In this document: positions 25,630 through 33,717 of the stretch, in pieces
Layout: the number at the start of each line of letters is the position of its first letter
Numbering within the stretch: the stretch's first letter is position 1
IMG/VR virus record: IMGVR_UViG_3300042507_002862
Span: 1-60,520 of that record
Direction: 5' to 3' (one strand)
DNA: 60,520 nt
DNA from: a virus
Lineage: Duplodnaviria; Caudoviricetes
Made by a program: the position numbers and the translations under genes
Notes under the pieces: model-generated
Seen by the model: the letters and a program-made list of their open reading frames with translations, nothing else
Database searches by the model: none
Told to the model about the DNA's origin: nothing

Positions 25630-26251
25630 CACCCTTGTGATTGGGCGGCTTGCGAAGTTCCTTCTTGCATAGGTGCAGGCAGATGGCGGAGAAGGACTTC
25701 CCCTCCTCGCGCATGACCACAACCAGACTGCCGATGTCACGCTCCGGTTGGTAGGGAACGAACGCCTTGTTCTTCACCACCCAACCAAGCGGTCGCAACT
25801 TACCGCGTGGTCGGAAGTGGGCGTTGAGATAGGAATGGATCTCACGCTGTCGCTGCCCGGAAATCTGACTGCTGTACTGGGCGAACGCGGACATGGTGTT
25901 GTAGCTCAACTCGCCTTGGATCGTCATCACATCCAGGCTGTTGTCCAAGAACTTCAGCTGAACGCCAAGCTCTTTGCACTGAGCCAAGGTCTGCGCCGCA
26001 TCCAGCACCGACCTGAACACACGGTCGAAGGTGCAGAACACCACCACATCGCCGGCCTTCAGCTTGTCCCATAGCACCCTGCCCTGCCGGCGCTTGTGCA
26101 AGGGGATCTTGTACGCCGACTGATCCTCGTCAACGAACACCTCCCCAAACTCCAAGCCCGACTGCTCAGCGTACGCACGCAGCCGGATAGCCTGGGCATC
26201 AGCTGAGTTCTCTTGCTTGTCCGTAGACACACGGGCATATCCGTACAGCAT
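25478..26251 (-). CDS. Serine recombinase (resolvase catalytic domain plus short recombinase-like tail)
   Basis: YGYARVSTDKQ (catalytic Ser), DRVFRS; C-terminal PLGW..E..GKSFSAIC. Confidence 0.9.
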   Translation of the reverse strand: MLYGYARVSTDKQENSADAQAIRLRAYAEQSGLEFGEVFVDEDQSAYKIPLHKRRQGRVLWDKLKAGDVVVFCTFDRVFRSVLDAAQTLAQCKELGVQLKFLDNSLDVMTIQGELSYNTMSAFAQYSSQISGQRQREIHSYLNAHFRPRGKLRPLGWVVKNKAFVPYQPERDIGSLVVVMREEGKSFSAICLHLCKKELRKPPNHKGVRGYYGLTDTRNLHRAAVAGYPRIPPRLSPEQWTAEQQREAKFHATQPAL

Positions 26252-26253
26252 GG

Positions 26254-26340
26254 TCAGCTACTCCCTGAAGTCCACCACAACAGCAGCAGAACGCCCGTGC
26301 CACCGATCAGAAAGTCCATCGTCTCGCTCATTGCAAACAT
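26254..26340 (-). CDS. 28-aa hydrophobic peptide
   Basis: MFAMSETMDFLIGGTGVLLLLWWTSGSS; GGAGGT RBS; fills the gap exactly. Confidence 0.45.
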   Translation of the reverse strand: MFAMSETMDFLIGGTGVLLLLWWTSGSS

Positions 26341-26600
26341 CACTTCACCTCCACGGGTTTGTTGTCCTCATATCCACCAAGCTCTTCCGGCACCGGCTGA
26401 CCATCAATGAACCGCTTAGCCAAGTCCTTCGCCTCATCCAGCGTAAAGGGGCGGGTCGAAGTTCCCAAGCCGCCGCACCAGTGCGTGCCGTCACGGTCCC
26501 AGAAAGAAGTAATTCCGTAGCCGCTCCCCTCCTTGCTGATCACCGCCTTGCGGTCGTTTCCCTCGTACCAAATCATCCCGTCCTCTTGCGAAACCTTCAT
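26340..26600 (-). CDS. Hypothetical early protein
   Basis: Stop/start coupled, RBS present. Confidence 0.65.
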   Translation of the reverse strand: MKVSQEDGMIWYEGNDRKAVISKEGSGYGITSFWDRDGTHWCGGLGTSTRPFTLDEAKDLAKRFIDGQPVPEELGGYEDNKPVEVK

Positions 26601-26809
26601 TACCAAAACCCTCCTTCAATGACTTCGTCCACTGCACGCCTGGCTTCGACCAGCGTGCGGTACTTGCCCGGAACGTAAACAGCGCGCTTGGCAAATCCTG
26701 CGGCGCGGATGATGTATCCGGTGCGAGTCTTCCTCATCCGGCCTGGGTCAGCCCAAGATTCAAAGTCCTCTTCGATGACTCGGCCACGGTACTCCCATGT
26801 CTTAGCCAT
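26600..26809 (-). CDS. Hypothetical early protein
   Basis: GGAGGTGAGTGATG start. Confidence 0.65.
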   Translation of the reverse strand: MAKTWEYRGRVIEEDFESWADPGRMRKTRTGYIIRAAGFAKRAVYVPGKYRTLVEARRAVDEVIEGGFW

Positions 26810-26916
26810 CACTCACCTCCCAGTATCTTCACACACATCTCCTTCAACTGGCCCGCCAACAACATGAGTATAGCGGTAGCCAGCACATGTAAGACCTGAA
26901 GTACATCCTTGTACAT
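26809..26916 (-). CDS. 35-aa hydrophobic peptide
   Basis: MYKDVLQVLHVLATAILMLLAGQLKEMCVKILGGE; AGGAGG RBS; TGATG coupling. Confidence 0.5.
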   Translation of the reverse strand: MYKDVLQVLHVLATAILMLLAGQLKEMCVKILGGE

Positions 26917-26928
26917 GGTTGCCTCCTG

Positions 26929-27342
26929 TTAAGCAGTCACTCCGAAATCAATCACAGCAGCGCCACCTGCGTCCTTGTTGACACGGCAAAACACTGTGCG
27001 CTGGCCGTTAGACCAGAGCGGGATCGCACCAGCCGGGTACTCGGCTGTGTGCAGGGCAATGCCTGCAGGGCACGGACACCAGCGCGACCACCAATCATCC
27101 AGGCCGGTTGACGCATGGACAGAATCCAGGTTGACGAACTGGGCGAACAACTCAGATCCGATTCCGCGATGCGCACGCCTGACGCATGCCAGTACATGAG
27201 CAGGATCGGAGTCTGGCTTGGGGCCATAGTCTTGCAGTCCGTGGACGCCGGCCAAGAACTCTTCGACGTTAACGATACTGTTCAACTTGCCGGCCACAAT
27301 AATGGAGTCAAAGAACTCTTGCAGAATCTGCGTATCACTCAT
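26929..27342 (-). CDS. Hypothetical early protein
   Basis: 137 aa, GGAGG RBS. Confidence 0.65.
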   Translation of the reverse strand: MSDTQILQEFFDSIIVAGKLNSIVNVEEFLAGVHGLQDYGPKPDSDPAHVLACVRRAHRGIGSELFAQFVNLDSVHASTGLDDWWSRWCPCPAGIALHTAEYPAGAIPLWSNGQRTVFCRVNKDAGGAAVIDFGVTA

Positions 27343-27608
27343 CACTTGCCTCCCTTGGTTACCACATCGTACACCTCGTCCGCCACTTGCTTCTCATCTA
27401 CCCAGTGCCAGTCCGGCATCGCATGCACCAAGCAGAGGCGTCCCGTCTCCTGCTGGATAGGGTCGTAGGCCAGCACCACCTGCTCGGTAGTCCAGCCCTC
27501 ATCGAACAGCCGCTTCACCACCAGGACTAGCACCCAGTTGTTCTTACGCATCAGAGCGTTGCGCCCCTTGCGTTCCTCCTTGGAAATCTTACGCCTCGGC
27601 GCTGCCAT
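27342..27608 (-). CDS. Hypothetical early protein
   Basis: 88 aa, coupled. Confidence 0.65.
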   Translation of the reverse strand: MAAPRRKISKEERKGRNALMRKNNWVLVLVVKRLFDEGWTTEQVVLAYDPIQQETGRLCLVHAMPDWHWVDEKQVADEVYDVVTKGGK

Positions 27609-27922
27609 CAGCGTTCTCCTTTCCAGACAATCTCAAAAGCCCCAACGAATCGCTTGTCCATGCGATCCTTGTGGAACACGGGACGCTCCTTCGCATCCCA
27701 GTCAGGGGCGATACCCTCAATCGCTTCCTTCACCTGCTTGGTCGTCCATTCGTCAGGGTAGAAGTCCCAGCCGCACCGCATCCAGCAGTTGTAGATAGTC
27801 AGCAACTGTGGCACCGTCTTGTCATCCATAAAGGATTCGTTGCAGCGGTCAAACGACCCACCCATATGACGTAGCATCTCAATCGGCGTGTCGTACACCA
27901 TCTTCTCAGACAGCGTGTTCAT
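27608..27922 (-). CDS. Hypothetical early protein
   Basis: 104 aa, GGAGGAG RBS. Confidence 0.65.
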   Translation of the reverse strand: MNTLSEKMVYDTPIEMLRHMGGSFDRCNESFMDDKTVPQLLTIYNCWMRCGWDFYPDEWTTKQVKEAIEGIAPDWDAKERPVFHKDRMDKRFVGAFEIVWKGER

Positions 27923-28077
27923 CAGCACTCCTCCTTTAAGAACCTATGGATCTGCTCGTACACCCTACCCCAGTCACCCTCTTGGTCACGGAACGGCTCC
28001 AACAACTGCTCGGCGTTGACCAACAGGCGAATGGCCGTCTCAATCGTCTCGTCTTTCCAGACATCCAGCATAGACAT
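27922..28077 (-). CDS. Hypothetical early protein
   Basis: 51 aa, AAGGAGG RBS. Confidence 0.55.
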   Translation of the reverse strand: MSMLDVWKDETIETAIRLLVNAEQLLEPFRDQEGDWGRVYEQIHRFLKEEC

Positions 28078-28091
28078 CCTTGTCCTCCTTG

Positions 28092-28316
28092 TTAAGGAAC
28101 CTGCTCCCAGTCCGTGATCGGGCAAGCCTTGTCTCCGGCGTACAGGTTGTCGCCCGCGTCATCTAGCACGGCTATCACCATCAGAGTCTCACGCTCGGTG
28201 TCGCACATCGCATCCCGAAGGCCGTCGATAGCCGCGTCAACATCGTCTCCATCCGCATCGCCGTCGTAGACTTGGTCGTTGTCCCGGTAGTATCCAAGCA
28301 CCCTGTAGATAGGCAT
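28092..28316 (-). CDS. Highly acidic small protein (possible DNA mimic)
   Basis: 74 aa, very Asp-rich. Confidence 0.6.
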   Translation of the reverse strand: MPIYRVLGYYRDNDQVYDGDADGDDVDAAIDGLRDAMCDTERETLMVIAVLDDAGDNLYAGDKACPITDWEQVP

Positions 28317-28651
28317 CACTCACCCCTCCCTTCTGCCCTGTTTATTACCCTGAGTGCATCACCAAGGGCATTGTGACACGCGCCGCCTTCATCAAACTCA
28401 GGAGACTCTTCAGGAATCTCGTTTGAGTTATGGTACAGATTGAGCATTGCTTCCCGGCATAGCTTCAGCGCAGCCAGCAACTCAGGTGCTGCTGCCATCA
28501 ATCGCAGGTCATCCAAGTTGTAGCGGGGCGTGCCGGATGGGAACTCCGGGTCAGTCACATCGCTCACTTGGTAGACCGTCGATCCGTTCAGCCGGATGCG
28601 TTCGACATCGCCGTGAAACACAATGCCCCACGGTCCTGGTGTATGTGCCAT
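28316..28651 (-). CDS. Conserved phage protein (HTPGPW...RLMAAAPELL family)
   Basis: Characteristic motifs. Confidence 0.7.
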   Translation of the reverse strand: MAHTPGPWGIVFHGDVERIRLNGSTVYQVSDVTDPEFPSGTPRYNLDDLRLMAAAPELLAALKLCREAMLNLYHNSNEIPEESPEFDEGGACHNALGDALRVINRAEGRGE

Positions 28652-28860
28652 CAGTCCTCCCTCGGCAGTAAGTCTTTGATTGCTTCCCATCCCTCTTCAA
28701 TCATCCGGCACTGAATCTCGTCCTCGTTATCCATGAGGAACGCATTGCACTTCTTGGCAGACCAGTCCGGTCGCAACTCTTGGATGTCCTCGGCGTTCCA
28801 AGACACCTCGGCATGCTGCGAACGTGACAACTGCCCCATCTTGCTACTCGTCTTAGGCAT
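28651..28860 (-). CDS. Hypothetical early protein
   Basis: 69 aa; W..EDIQELRPDWS. Confidence 0.65.
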   Translation of the reverse strand: MPKTSSKMGQLSRSQHAEVSWNAEDIQELRPDWSAKKCNAFLMDNEDEIQCRMIEEGWEAIKDLLPRED

Positions 28861-29171
28861 CAGTCGCACCCTCCTCTCGCAGTAGGAACGTCCATGTCCA
28901 CCACATGGCAGGACAGGCCGGGAACAATCGACCTGTTGAACCGCTGCCACACCTCGCCCTCTGCCTCCTCCCGAATCCACTTGTGTGCCGCGTCCTCGTT
29001 GAGGAACGGGCCATACACATCGGTGCCATGGTGCATGGACTGAACCAGCACCACGCAATGCCTGGCCGGTTGGTATTCCGCATAGTGCGTGGCCGCTTCC
29101 GGCTGGAACCCGACACCATCGAACAACTTCCACCGCTTCGTCTTCTTCTTAACCGTCTTAGCCTTGCTCAT
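28860..29171 (-). CDS. Hypothetical early protein
   Basis: 103 aa, GGAGGTGAGCGATG start. Confidence 0.65.
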   Translation of the reverse strand: MSKAKTVKKKTKRWKLFDGVGFQPEAATHYAEYQPARHCVVLVQSMHHGTDVYGPFLNEDAAHKWIREEAEGEVWQRFNRSIVPGLSCHVVDMDVPTARGGCD

Positions 29172-29748
29172 CGCTCACCTCCACGCCCCACTGGGTAGCC
29201 ATCGCATGTGCAATACCGGGGTAGGTCTTGCTCCGAATCTTCCACCGATCCGGTGATGGCCCTAACTTGTTCTGTCCACTGGGAGTCTGGTTCTCCCATC
29301 GTCCACGCATCTGCATCACAGCCGTTGGTTGCAGGGGGTTCAGTCCCTTCAACCAGAGGCATGTCTTCTTGGATTCCGGATGGCCGAACTGGTAGGGCTG
29401 GATGATCTGATCCGGCCTGCGAATCCGACTGCTGATCACAGACACTGGGTTCTCCAGTGCTATGCGTGGGATGGGCGCATCCATCAGCGTCTGCACAAAC
29501 TCCAACGCTTCAGCCTGTTCGACCTGCTTGCGGTGGAAGTGACGGGCACCACTGACCGCAAGGTGGGTGCATGGCGGGTGAGCGATCATCAGATCCCAGT
29601 CGCTAGTCAGAACTTGGCGAACATCACCCTGTATGTGCGGCCCACCATCTTCTGCGGGCAGGAGGTCACAGCTCCACGCTTGGTGCCCCAACTCACGGAA
29701 CGCACGGCGAACCGTGCCACTGAACTCACACGCTACCAGTACTCGCAT
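29158..29748 (-). CDS. C5-cytosine DNA methyltransferase-like protein (short phage type)
   Basis: MRVLVACEFSG (motif I variant), AHPPC (motif IV) and ENP (motif VI). Confidence 0.8.
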   Translation of the reverse strand: MRVLVACEFSGTVRRAFRELGHQAWSCDLLPAEDGGPHIQGDVRQVLTSDWDLMIAHPPCTHLAVSGARHFHRKQVEQAEALEFVQTLMDAPIPRIALENPVSVISSRIRRPDQIIQPYQFGHPESKKTCLWLKGLNPLQPTAVMQMRGRWENQTPSGQNKLGPSPDRWKIRSKTYPGIAHAMATQWGVEVSDEQG

Positions 29749-29974
29749 CCTTGCTTCTCCTTCCCGCAGGGCGGTGATCGTTCCAATAAAAGCCGCAGTC
29801 CTCGCCGGGAACACCAAGCTCCACGGACTCACATCGCAGGCCAAACGCCGGGCCATGGGCATGCAACGCATACTCAATGGCTAGGTGCCACTCATCGGCC
29901 GTGACCACATAAGTGTACGGCTCCTCGCCATCCTCCCGCTCCTCACCGGAGATGGTCACGGTGTAGTCATCCAT
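29726..29974 (-). CDS. Hypothetical early protein
   Basis: 82 aa, GGAGGTGAGCGATG start. Confidence 0.65.
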   Translation of the reverse strand: MDDYTVTISGEEREDGEEPYTYVVTADEWHLAIEYALHAHGPAFGLRCESVELGVPGEDCGFYWNDHRPAGRRSKDASTGSV

Positions 29975-30149
29975 CGCTCACCTCCAGGTCTATGGGTTCG
30001 TCGACCACTGTGTAGGAAGCCTCGCCTTCGCAGGTTTCGCAAAACGTGTTGTCGTATGGCCCGCCACACACATCGCCATTGAGGTCAACCCACGCATCGA
30101 ACACAACCTCGCCGCCACACTCGCAGCACTTGGCCCATCGGTAGGTCAT
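29967..30149 (-). CDS. Small Zn-ribbon protein
   Basis: CCECG...FCETCE. Confidence 0.65.
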   Translation of the reverse strand: MTYRWAKCCECGGEVVFDAWVDLNGDVCGGPYDNTFCETCEGEASYTVVDEPIDLEVSDG

Positions 30150-30595
30150 ACCGCCACCTCTTTCTGTGCTGGGGACAGGATGAACTGCTCGCCGGTACGC
30201 ATCCGACCGAACAGGGCACCAGGCCCGTTACCTTCGTAGTCCTGAGACGCAAAGATCATGGAGCCATCGGACAGGGTGAGTGCAACCGCAGCGTCATAAG
30301 CACCCATCGCCTCGCCCCACCCCTCAGTGATGCACTCCGGGCGTGTCATATACCGCACCCCGGTGATCTTCAGCCCATTGGGATAGGGCTGTGCTTGCGG
30401 GGCGACGAACTCACACGCTGTCAGCATGGAGTAGGGCACGTTCCAGATGGTGCCAGCCGGATTGCTGTTGCGTTGCTCCAGCGTTTCCACCTTGGCCTTC
30501 TTGTCGTTGACCTTCAGCACCCTGCCCTTGGTATGGGCACCACGCCCACGCCCGAACGACACCGTCATACCGACCTTGCAATCGTCACGGTTCAT
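30146..30595 (-). CDS. Hypothetical two-domain protein (SH3-like N-terminus)
   Basis: 149 aa, AAGGAG RBS. Confidence 0.65.
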   Translation of the reverse strand: MNRDDCKVGMTVSFGRGRGAHTKGRVLKVNDKKAKVETLEQRNSNPAGTIWNVPYSMLTACEFVAPQAQPYPNGLKITGVRYMTRPECITEGWGEAMGAYDAAVALTLSDGSMIFASQDYEGNGPGALFGRMRTGEQFILSPAQKEVAV

Positions 30596-30605
30596 AGCTG
30601 TCTCC

Positions 30606-30854
30606 TTAAAAGGGTAGATCCAAACTCACTGCCAGCAGGTGGTCGGTGGGCAACGGCACACCGTACTTGGCAACTGCTTCCAGCAATTCACCGGCAGTCC
30701 CGTAGCCACCGCCGGTCATACTGCCCACCAAATCCTCAACGTCTGGGTAGTCACCCTCCCCCGGCGTGTGCTTCTGCAGGAAGTATTCCTGCAACGGACG
30801 GTCAAAGCCGTACGCAAACGTCGCATCACCCACCTTCACATGGTATCTGCTCAT
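30606..30854 (-). CDS. Hypothetical early protein
   Basis: 82 aa; YGFDRPLQEYFLQ. Confidence 0.65.
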   Translation of the reverse strand: MSRYHVKVGDATFAYGFDRPLQEYFLQKHTPGEGDYPDVEDLVGSMTGGGYGTAGELLEAVAKYGVPLPTDHLLAVSLDLPF

Positions 30855-31105
30855 CACTCGTCCTCCTCTGGGTAGATGATCAAAGCCCAGCAAGCCGGGG
30901 CATCGACCTCCCCGTTGTCGATGTCGAACCACTCCACGCTCTCCACATCGCCATCCAAGGCACAGATCTGCACGCAGTAGACAACCTTGGCGTTGACGCA
31001 TGGGTGATCGGGGTAGAAACCAAGCACAAAGTCTGTGCCATCGGGATCCTCCATCTCTGTCTCATGCCACGGGCCGATCCGTGGAGGCATCTTCACCTCG
31101 CTCAT
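30854..31105 (-). CDS. Acidic hypothetical protein
   Basis: 83 aa, coupled. Confidence 0.6.
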   Translation of the reverse strand: MSEVKMPPRIGPWHETEMEDPDGTDFVLGFYPDHPCVNAKVVYCVQICALDGDVESVEWFDIDNGEVDAPACWALIIYPEEDE

Positions 31106-31377
31106 CACGCCCTCACTTTCCAGTTGTAGTATTCCATCACAGCAATCGCTTCCTGTTCGTACTGCTTGGCCATGGCTTCGACCAGACCGACCCGTCTCAG
31201 GAACTCAACCCTATCCGCCTGGTAGTCGCCACCAATCTGGTAGTCCCTGCCATGCGGTTGCCACCTAGCCATAAGGGTGACCGCTGCCTCCAAGGCATGG
31301 CACACCTCCATCATCTGCTCGGCCAGCGCATCGGCTGGTGAGCCATTGTGATTGGGTACTGGTGCTATCTGGTGCAT
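31105..31377 (-). CDS. Hypothetical early protein
   Basis: 90 aa; PHGRDY motif; GGAGG RBS. Confidence 0.65.
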   Translation of the reverse strand: MHQIAPVPNHNGSPADALAEQMMEVCHALEAAVTLMARWQPHGRDYQIGGDYQADRVEFLRRVGLVEAMAKQYEQEAIAVMEYYNWKVRA

Positions 31378-31401
31378 CACTTCGCCTCCTCTAAGAAGTA
31401 G

Positions 31402-32073
31402 TCAAACCCAACACTCCAACTCAACTTTGTCGGACTCGCTAATCGGAACCGGCTGGCCGCTCTCGTCAGTCAACTGGTGGCGGTAGCACGAACTGCTGAC
31501 TTGGACGGCTGTGCCATCTGGGCGCGTGACCGTCCCCCACACATCGTCCGTGAGCAAATCGGCCGGATCGCAGGTGAACAGGCGAGCGTCCGTGTAGCCG
31601 CCGCGCATGTCACACCCACCATGCACTTGCAGCAGCACGTACTCGGTGTCTGCCAATTGCAGGAAGGTGCCTTGGATATCCTGCGATAACTTGGAAGACC
31701 AGTTGTAGGAGTTGAACGCCTGCTTCCACTCTGGATGCTCGGTGAATCCGCGCTTCTCCAGCCACTCGCCAGCTGCCCGCGACACCCCGTAGTAGTCGCC
31801 GTCCCAGTCCTTGGCGGGAACGAATCGCCTGTTGTAGGAGTCGCACACCTCATCTAGGAACAGGCGATTGATTAGGTAGTGGAATATGTCCACCGTCCAG
31901 TCCTCGCCATCCCAGGTCACTTGCGGGCGTTTCTGGAAGGCAGCGACAGTCGTTCCTTGGTTGCGCTGCCATGCCCGACCATACGCATCGCCCGAATCGC
32001 ATAGCGCACGCCCAGTGTTTTCTATCAGCATGGCATGCACGCGGTTGGCGATGGCCCGATTTCTATTCCCCAT
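31402..32073 (-). CDS. Conserved hypothetical phage protein
   Basis: 223 aa; ENTG...DSG.AYGR.WQ and HGGCD.RGGYTD motifs. Confidence 0.75.
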   Translation of the reverse strand: MGNRNRAIANRVHAMLIENTGRALCDSGDAYGRAWQRNQGTTVAAFQKRPQVTWDGEDWTVDIFHYLINRLFLDEVCDSYNRRFVPAKDWDGDYYGVSRAAGEWLEKRGFTEHPEWKQAFNSYNWSSKLSQDIQGTFLQLADTEYVLLQVHGGCDMRGGYTDARLFTCDPADLLTDDVWGTVTRPDGTAVQVSSSCYRHQLTDESGQPVPISESDKVELECWV

Positions 32074-32194
32074 CACTCACCTCCTCTAGTGGACAAGAGT
32101 ATACCCAGCCACACGCACGGCAGCAGGCATGGAACAGGTCACCTAAGACACCGCTCCACGCCTGCTCGCCGCACCCACACTGATCACATTCCAT
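32063..32194 (-). CDS. 43-aa Zn-ribbon peptide
   Basis: MECDQCG...CCRACGW; AAGGTG RBS. Confidence 0.5.
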   Translation of the reverse strand: MECDQCGCGEQAWSGVLGDLFHACCRACGWVYSCPLEEVSDGE

Positions 32195-32203
32195 GTCACA
32201 CCT

Positions 32204-33031
32204 TTACGCTTGGAGAATGGGCAGGTTGGCGACAGCGGTCATAATCGCATTGCCACCATGCCCGGGGATGTACACATCACGCATAGCCAAGCCGATCTTG
32301 CGGACACCGGCACCGTCGCACAGCCTGCAAGTCAGGCAGCTAAGACGATGGCCAGCCTCCAAAGATGCTGGGCACAAGACTTCATCCGTAGAAGGCTCAC
32401 CTCCACGCATGGTGCGGAAGGTGCGCCATCCGAGAGACTTGGCATGTTCACGGGACCACGGCCCCGTCAGACCATGCACACTGGCCATGAAGAACTGCTT
32501 GTATGGAGCGTAGGTCAGGTTGCTCCACGCATGGGTGTAGCCCGTCCAGCCGTCTGAAAGACCGGCCAGATGCTGCACCAGGGCAAGCGGTATCAGCACC
32601 GGCTCACCGTATGTACCGAACCGGATCTTGCGATCACGGATGTACTGGTCATGCATGATCGGATCGTATTCAACGTACCGACCACGCATGAAGGCACCGT
32701 AGACCATTGCTGGCCCCTGCCCGACGTTGACATAACACGCACGCCAACGCTTTGGATTACGCTTTGCGTTGGCCGGGGTCCGCTTAGGAAAGCCGACCAG
32801 ACCACGCATGGGGCAGTTGAAACAGATGGCCCCATCTTGTTCTTCGCGTACCGCCACCACTGGGTGCATATCAGCCCTAAGAATATAGGTCTGAAGCATT
32901 GAGCCGGTCTTCTTATTCTTGGAATTCCGCAGTGGCATGATCACCACATACGGCGAACCGTCATAAGGAGACACGCCCCGGTGCAGAATGACACCCAGAG
33001 GCTTGGCGGTACGTATACGGCGAATTGCCAT
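32204..33031 (-). CDS. Cys-motif phage protein (gp88-like; possible metal or Fe-S binding)
   Basis: N.KTG, ICFNCP, CYV, R.G.YG.P, TGYTH and CP...CLTCRLC motifs; GGAGGT RBS. Confidence 0.65.
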   Translation of the reverse strand: MAIRRIRTAKPLGVILHRGVSPYDGSPYVVIMPLRNSKNKKTGSMLQTYILRADMHPVVAVREEQDGAICFNCPMRGLVGFPKRTPANAKRNPKRWRACYVNVGQGPAMVYGAFMRGRYVEYDPIMHDQYIRDRKIRFGTYGEPVLIPLALVQHLAGLSDGWTGYTHAWSNLTYAPYKQFFMASVHGLTGPWSREHAKSLGWRTFRTMRGGEPSTDEVLCPASLEAGHRLSCLTCRLCDGAGVRKIGLAMRDVYIPGHGGNAIMTAVANLPILQA

Positions 33032-33152
33032 ACGTACCTCCATGGAAAGAAACCGATTACCAGAAACGGCAACCGAACCCGGGCAGGCAGCATTCGGACT
33101 TACTTGGGCGAGCGCCCGTTAGCCGCAACCACCTGCCCGGGATCGGATGTCG

Positions 33153-33362
33153 TCACTTCACCTTCACTGGCCGACCATCTTTCATGGTCACTTGTGCATA
33201 CCAGCGGTGAGGCTGGGGATAGTGCGGACCCTCAACGGTGAACGTCCCGTTGCGGTAATCGCCACCCCCGAACGGCCCAGCCTGGTACAGCCCGAATGCC
33301 ATACCTTGGGCAACAGCCTCTTTCAGCTGTTTCTTAGACTGAAAGTTATGCTCACAGTACAT
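33153..33362 (-). CDS. First early gene, small hypothetical protein
   Basis: 69 aa; NF.SKK.LKEAV..G and EGPHYP.PH.WYA. Confidence 0.7.
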   Translation of the reverse strand: MYCEHNFQSKKQLKEAVAQGMAFGLYQAGPFGGGDYRNGTFTVEGPHYPQPHRWYAQVTMKDGRPVKVK

Positions 33363-33419
33363 TGCGCCCCCTTTGCTGCCCGCATGCGCAGTAGTTAATC
33401 GTTCCCCCTTCTGACATTG

Positions 33420-33620
33420 ATACATGCGATTGCGGTCGTACAGAAAATTCTAAGATTTTCCGCAGCCGCTGATCGCATATGCAATGGTCAGCATGAGACG
33501 TTAACCCCGACGCTGGTCGGTTGAGTAACTTACAATCGGCGATCGTTATAGGCTCCCGATTGTCTCTCCGAGTGTTTCGGAGACTCGCCAATACATGCGG
33601 TTGCGGTTGTACATAAAATT
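33420..33620. repeat. Two 30-bp direct repeats in the divergent control region
   Basis: ATACATGCGATTGCGGTCGTACAGAAAATT (33420-33449) versus ATACATGCGGTTGCGGTTGTACATAAAATT (33591-33620); 27/30 identical. Confidence 0.85.
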
Positions 33621-33642
33621 TTCAGAGCATCGGATTTTTCTA

Positions 33643-33671
33643 TTGACTATGAAACAGACAGCCGATAGAAA
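33643..33671 (+). promoter_or_regulatory. Possible sigma70 promoter TTGACT-N17-TAGAAA
   Basis: Upstream of 33718; flanked by inverted TTTCTAT/ATAGAAA. Confidence 0.4.
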
Positions 33672-33717
33672 TAGATGTACCGGGCAGACCCCGGCAGTAA
33701 CAAACGGAGAGACTACG

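Noticed and set aside
25478-26251. IS607-family transposon
   Set aside because: No N-terminal MerR-like HTH and no neighbouring tnpB; the gene is embedded in the early operon.
33420-33620. CRISPR or other guide-RNA array
   Set aside because: Only two repeat copies 171 bp apart and no cas genes; no regularly spaced repeat array was noticed anywhere in the window.
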